From: an uncultured virus (IMG/VR IMGVR_UViG_3300007229_000009)
Lineage: Duplodnaviria > Heunggongvirae > Uroviricota > Caudoviricetes > Crassvirales
Length of the DNA stretch: 64,000 nt
Strand: one strand, 5' to 3'
IMG/VR virus record: IMGVR_UViG_3300007229_000009
The notes under the pieces are model-generated. The model saw only the letters and a list, made by a program, of their open reading frames with translations, was not told where the DNA came from and searched no databases. This document shows positions 59,984 through 64,000 of this stretch, in pieces; within the stretch, counting starts at the first letter, position 1; each line of letters begins with the position of its first letter. The translations under genes and the position numbers were made by a program.

Positions 59984-60391
59984 TTATTTCTTCCAAATCT
60001 TTGCAGTTTTTTCAATACCTCGAGAAGTAAAATAAAAACCTAGACTCATTATTACAATTTGTCCAAGCAGATCTACATACTGATTTGCTATATTAAATTC
60101 TCCTATATTGCCATCTGATATAGCAAATAGTGTATATAATATTAAGCTAAAAATAGTAAGTAGAGGACGTATATTCTTCGAAAGCCATGAATCCGATTGC
60201 ATGTCTGCGGCATGACGTGATGTGATTTCTTTTTCTAGACTCAATTCATGAGACATAAAAATCTCTGTCATTTGTTTTTCAAACTCCGCCTTTTCATCTT
60301 TAGTCCTTACAAACTTATCAACTACTCCTCCTAGTTTTTCTGCGATAGAGACTCCAGCTCCACCAAACATTTTTGCAAATAATTTTTTCAT
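59984..60391 (-). CDS. Holin (3TM/GTA holin-like)
   Basis: SDSWLSKNIRPL, two transmembrane segments and FYFTSRGIEK; next to the endolysin. Confidence 0.75.
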   Translation of the reverse strand: MKKLFAKMFGGAGVSIAEKLGGVVDKFVRTKDEKAEFEKQMTEIFMSHELSLEKEITSRHAADMQSDSWLSKNIRPLLTIFSLILYTLFAISDGNIGEFNIANQYVDLLGQIVIMSLGFYFTSRGIEKTAKIWKK

Positions 60392-60801
60392 GTTAAATAT
60401 TTATATTCTTCCTTTGCATCGAAACTAGGACATGCTTTTGTAGAAAAGTCTCTGTGACCATATATTTCTGCATTTGGATGAAATTTTTTTAATAAATTTA
60501 ATAAATCTAAAAGTGTAGATTTTTGTTCTTCAGTTCTTGTGTCTTCCCATTCATTCATATCTTCATCCATCCCCCCAATATAACATACACCTATGCTAGA
60601 TTTATTTTGTCCTTTACAATGAGCACCTTGAATGTTAACCATTCTTCCATACTCCATACTTCCATCAATATGAACAATATAATGATAACCAATATCTGAG
60701 AAGCCTCTTTCTAAATGCCATTTCTTTATAGTATCAGCACTGAAATGTTTTCCTTTTGGAGTTGCTGAACAGTGGACAATAATTTTATCTATGTTTCTCA
60801 T
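60388..60801 (-). CDS. Endolysin, N-acetylmuramoyl-L-alanine amidase (T7 lysozyme-like)
   Basis: IIVHCSAT, DIGYHY, GAHCKGQN, GHRDF and KACPSF motifs. Confidence 0.95.
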   Translation of the reverse strand: MRNIDKIIVHCSATPKGKHFSADTIKKWHLERGFSDIGYHYIVHIDGSMEYGRMVNIQGAHCKGQNKSSIGVCYIGGMDEDMNEWEDTRTEEQKSTLLDLLNLLKKFHPNAEIYGHRDFSTKACPSFDAKEEYKYLT

Positions 60802-60805
60802 TTAA

Positions 60806-61126
60806 CTATTCTTTAGCAATAATATTTACTCTATCTTGTATTTCTTCTTTAGTCGCTGTTATTTTAAAACTTAAATTAGCAACCCATTGTCCTCTTGGTT
60901 TTCCATTTTTGTCTAATAAAATTATTATTGGAACAGATTTTATTTGTGCTTTGAGTGATGGGACTTGATCTTCTAATAATGCATATCTCACTTTACAATT
61001 CTGTATGCCCTTTAAATCAAAATTATTAGGTTGATTCCATTTTGCATTTATATGCATTAATGTTAAATCTTGTGCATTTATAAAACACAAAAAAAACACA
61101 AAAAAAACACATATTAAATTTTTCAT
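60806..61126 (-). CDS. Secreted thioredoxin-fold-like protein lacking CxxC
   Basis: Signal peptide; HINAKWN in place of WCxxC; IKSVPIIILL cis-Pro-like motif. Confidence 0.5.
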   Translation of the reverse strand: MKNLICVFFVFFLCFINAQDLTLMHINAKWNQPNNFDLKGIQNCKVRYALLEDQVPSLKAQIKSVPIIILLDKNGKPRGQWVANLSFKITATKEEIQDRVNIIAKE

Positions 61127-61434
61127 CTTTTTTTATAAACTTTATCTTCTAAATCTTTTATTGCTTCTTTATTTTCTTCAACATCTTCTTTTATATTTTC
61201 AGTAAGCTTATCAATTGTAACTATGTTAGAACGAATTAACTCATCTTTAAATTTAAACTCCATTTGTTGTACAAACTCATCTCCAGAAAAATTATCTATT
61301 TTGTTTTGTAATTCTGATATATCACTTTGTAAAGTAAACCACATACTAGCTAAAGAAATTGTTCCTGCTATAATTATGCCGATTGTTTTTAAATCAAGCT
61401 GTACGTTAGTATCTTCACCAATCTTAGTTGCCAT
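61123..61434 (-). CDS. Single-TM coiled-coil protein
   Basis: Transmembrane segment followed by coiled coil; paralogous to ORF 61437-61712. Confidence 0.65.
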   Translation of the reverse strand: MATKIGEDTNVQLDLKTIGIIIAGTISLASMWFTLQSDISELQNKIDNFSGDEFVQQMEFKFKDELIRSNIVTIDKLTENIKEDVEENKEAIKDLEDKVYKKR

Positions 61435-61436
61435 GG

Positions 61437-61712
61437 TTATTTTTTATTTTTTATTATATAATCTTTTATGTATTTAATGTCATCTTTTATGTCAGAAATA
61501 TCTTCTTTCATATTTTCGAAATCATTTTTTATTAACTCATCTTTATAAGACAATTCAATTTTCGTGACTTCTGGTAATGGCAATTGTTTTGCCAATGCAA
61601 TATCAGCTTTAAGAGTAAAAAAAACAGCTAATAATGAACCTAATCCAAGTGCTCCAGTTATAAGTTCTTTTATTGATAAACTAAATTTACTTTGTGGATT
61701 AAATTTTTTCAT
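61437..61712 (-). CDS. Single-TM coiled-coil protein
   Basis: Shares FTLxxDI and KDELI motifs with its neighbour. Confidence 0.65.
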   Translation of the reverse strand: MKKFNPQSKFSLSIKELITGALGLGSLLAVFFTLKADIALAKQLPLPEVTKIELSYKDELIKNDFENMKEDISDIKDDIKYIKDYIIKNKK

Positions 61713-61791
61713 TATTATTATTTTACATAAGTGTAATTAAAAACTATTTCATCGTTTAACAAACTATTTGTTTGCGTGTAGTAATATTTAT

Positions 61792-62586
61792 TTACCATAT
61801 TGCTATAAGTTTATCTGCTGTAGTTCCTGTTGCCATTACTTGTACACATTGTATTGGTAGGTAAGAACCTACTTGACAATTATGAAATGTAATTATATCT
61901 CCAGCTACAGTTCTTACTGTTACATTATAAAACTGAGTAGCTATAGTAGTAGCTGCAGTTGCATCTCCTACATATATTAAACACCCTTCGTTGTTTGATG
62001 TTGTAGCCACACCTCCATTTGTGCCACCATATGCTGGATAATTAGAACCGCCTTCTGCTTGTGAATATATTCTAAAGTTGTCATCGTATGTAGAGTCTGT
62101 ACCAAATATATTAGCACTTAAGGTTAATTCATCTACACCAACGACTGCTGAAACTGTAGCAATACCTGGATTGTCAGTATTTAAAACTATATCTCCAGGC
62201 TTAACCCCTTTAGCTACAAAATCTATTTCATCATCTACTAACGCATTTTGTCTTACTATTAAATAGTTTTCGGGTGTTGCTTGAAAAATATTACTACCAA
62301 AAGCTAATTGTGTGGCAGAATCTACAGCTGTTACTGCGGCATTTGCTGGAGTTGTTGTATTATAAACAACATCACCAACAACTACTGGAAGTGGTGGAGT
62401 TGTTGCTGTCCATGTTGCACCAGTGTCAACCAGTTTGTTTGTTACAACAGAAGTATTTACTCCATTGTCAACTTGATTGCCCACGCCTGTAGCTGCTATA
62501 AAGTTTGGATTTGGTATTGGAATTGTGTCACTTGGCACTACTATAAGTGCTTGTCCCGTGTTAACGGTAATTTTAGGATACGCCAT
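61792..62586 (-). CDS. Putative virion structural protein
   Basis: Beta-rich; two internal V(V/K)xGDxVxNT repeats; C-terminal GSYLPIQ...TGTTADKLIAIW. Confidence 0.65.
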   Translation of the reverse strand: MAYPKITVNTGQALIVVPSDTIPIPNPNFIAATGVGNQVDNGVNTSVVTNKLVDTGATWTATTPPLPVVVGDVVYNTTTPANAAVTAVDSATQLAFGSNIFQATPENYLIVRQNALVDDEIDFVAKGVKPGDIVLNTDNPGIATVSAVVGVDELTLSANIFGTDSTYDDNFRIYSQAEGGSNYPAYGGTNGGVATTSNNEGCLIYVGDATAATTIATQFYNVTVRTVAGDIITFHNCQVGSYLPIQCVQVMATGTTADKLIAIW

Positions 62587-62616
62587 TTTATTTAATTTAG
62601 AGGGTTAAAAATCTCT

Positions 62617-62763
62617 TTATCTATCGTAAGGAAACATACGGTTCAACGTATCTCTACGCTTGTTACAACCACAGTCGCCTTTCGTTACTGTTTCGACTAC
62701 TTTTTTTATACCAGTAGCCTTGGTAAATTTTTCTATACTATCGCCTATGCCTCTTGATTTCAT
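62617..62763 (-). CDS. Small basic protein with a CGC motif (48 aa; not in the ORF track)
   Basis: MKSRGIGDSIEKFTKATGIKKVVETVTKGDCGCNKRRDTLNRMFPYDR. Confidence 0.7.
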   Translation of the reverse strand: MKSRGIGDSIEKFTKATGIKKVVETVTKGDCGCNKRRDTLNRMFPYDR

Positions 62764-62765
62764 AA

Positions 62766-62906
62766 TTATTTTTTACAAACACACTGTGCGACTGGACATT
62801 CTTTAACATCTATAATTAGTTTTGACACTAACCAGTTCCATTTACATAAAAGTTTTTTCCAAACTTTCTGAATCCAATGTCCTATCTTAACTAATAACTT
62901 GCCCAT
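62766..62906 (-). CDS. Small amphipathic Cys-rich peptide (46 aa; not in the ORF track)
   Basis: MGKLLVKIGHWIQKVWKKLLCKWNW...ECPVAQCVCKK. Confidence 0.6.
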   Translation of the reverse strand: MGKLLVKIGHWIQKVWKKLLCKWNWLVSKLIIDVKECPVAQCVCKK

Positions 62907-63065
62907 TTATTTTTTCTTTTTAAACTCTTTTGCTAATGCAACCTGTCTTGCAGCCATTCTATCTTTGATTTCCTGTGATCTATCATGCCATTCTACGAAG
63001 CCTGCTGTAGGAGGATCTTGTTTAGTTATTTTTTTATTAACTAATTTGATTTTTTTCTTAGCCAT
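62907..63065 (-). CDS. Small basic protein (52 aa; not in the ORF track)
   Basis: MAKKKIKLVNKKITKQDPP...KEFKKKK; abuts both neighbours. Confidence 0.55.
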   Translation of the reverse strand: MAKKKIKLVNKKITKQDPPTAGFVEWHDRSQEIKDRMAARQVALAKEFKKKK

Positions 63066-63220
63066 TATTTTTTATTTATTTTGCGCATTGTTTTTGCAAA
63101 ATTATATTTTTTACTTCCTACTGGACAACTCTTGCTGCCAAATTTTTTCCCAGTGCAATCACCAAGAGTTCCTCTTCGTTTTGCTCCTTGAAAAACATTT
63201 TGTATAAAGTTCTTAGCCAT
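63065..63220 (-). CDS. Small basic protein (start MAKNF at 63220)
   Basis: CTGKKFGSKSCPVGSKKYNFA; TAATG overlap with the upstream gene. Confidence 0.65.
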   Translation of the reverse strand: MAKNFIQNVFQGAKRRGTLGDCTGKKFGSKSCPVGSKKYNFAKTMRKINKK

Positions 63221-63417
63221 TATTTTAAATGACCGTGAGTTTTCCAACTAGATGAATGTCTGTATGACATTCCAGAGTCACCTCCGTAAGAATGTCCATA
63301 TTCTTTTTTAGACATAGCTTTTGATTCATCTCTACGATCTTTATAAGATTGAGATTTTTTCCCATGCTTAGCACCTAAAGACTCATCTAGTCTTGAATTA
63401 TATCCTTGTTTTTTCAT
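63220..63417 (-). CDS. Small basic protein
   Basis: MKKQGYNSRLDESLG; TATATTTG promoter at 63438-63445. Confidence 0.7.
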   Translation of the reverse strand: MKKQGYNSRLDESLGAKHGKKSQSYKDRRDESKAMSKKEYGHSYGGDSGMSYRHSSSWKTHGHLK

Positions 63418-63453
63418 AATTTAAAAATTTATATATACAAATATACTAATATT

Positions 63454-63795
63454 TTATTTATATTTTTTCTTCAACCTTCTAGCTATTCCTTCCGCCCTAC
63501 TTGCAGATATTTTTTTTGTTCTAACTCTTCTATTACCATTTCTGGTTCTGGAAACATACTTAGTAAATTCACCATTGTTTTCGCTAACCTGTTTAAATTT
63601 ACTTTTTTGTGTAGTTTTATTTCCTTTAGTTTTTGTTGTAGTTTTGCTGTATGAAACATTTGGCTTATTGCCATAAGCGGGAGTATTAGAGGATTCAGAA
63701 ACAGTTTTACTTTTCTTTTTCTTACCCATTTTTTGATTAGACTTGGTTGAAGAACGAAGTCTAATATATTCAGGATCATTTTTTTTCTTAGCCAT
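63454..63795 (-). CDS. Lys/Ser-rich basic protein
   Basis: ORF track; MAKKK start like its neighbours. Confidence 0.6.
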   Translation of the reverse strand: MAKKKNDPEYIRLRSSTKSNQKMGKKKKSKTVSESSNTPAYGNKPNVSYSKTTTKTKGNKTTQKSKFKQVSENNGEFTKYVSRTRNGNRRVRTKKISASRAEGIARRLKKKYK

Positions 63796-63805
63796 AATTT
63801 TTTAT

Positions 63806-64000
63806 TTAACATCTCCAACGTCTACGAGCTGCACAAATTCTTTTTTCTGGAGTCTTAGAACAATTAATATTGTGCATACGCATTTGACCAGCAGACCTAG
63901 AGCAATAAGACTTTCTTCTTTTTGACCTCATTTTGCTAGGTTTCTTTTCAGTAACCGCAGTTTTTAGGTTTGATCCAGGATTGGCTCTTTTATATGCAGC
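63806..64000 (-). CDS. Small basic protein, 5' end outside the window
   Basis: ...NPGSNLKTAVT...RRKSYCSRS...ICAARRRWRC*. Confidence 0.65.
   Translation of the reverse strand, partial: AAYKRANPGSNLKTAVTEKKPSKMRSKRRKSYCSRSAGQMRMHNINCSKTPEKRICAARRRWRC

Noticed and set aside
18106..63925. Many short plus-strand ORFs within the late arm, plus alternative-frame ORF 63483-63818
   Set aside because: They overlap long minus-strand genes, have shadow-like composition and lack start context
1..64000. Stop-codon reassignment or an integrase/lysogeny module
   Set aside because: Genes are intact and densely packed under the standard code, and no integrase or repressor was recognised

Overview
AT-rich dsDNA tailed-phage sequence, probably most of a podovirus-like genome infecting Bacteroidota (Flavobacteria-like): TAnnTTTG host promoters precede many genes and A-rich, SD-less start regions are typical. 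Layout: a window-truncated GroEL and one small gene on the minus strand (1-1908); a divergent low-complexity non-coding gap (about 1910-2500); a plus-strand arm of small early genes, then recombination, replication and methylation genes (2517-16782); and a long minus-strand virion arm (16783-64000). The virion arm holds a 2992-aa internal protein, tail, capsid, portal and terminase genes, a GroES-like gene, three S74-chaperoned tail fibres, a lysis cassette and small basic proteins. The best finding is a complete type I hammerhead ribozyme at 5431-5520 that overlaps the stop codon of one early gene and the leader of the next. A tRNA-like minihelix sits at another early stop codon, which suggests an RNA-processed early transcript. 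Other highlights: the early region avoids RCG/CGY trinucleotides except in the ribozyme core; rare-codon, nucleotide-conserved repeats mark module junctions in the tail fibres and the giant protein; and an EcoHK31I-beta-like ORF is nested in the cytosine methyltransferase. All protein calls come from motif recognition and gene context; no database search was run.
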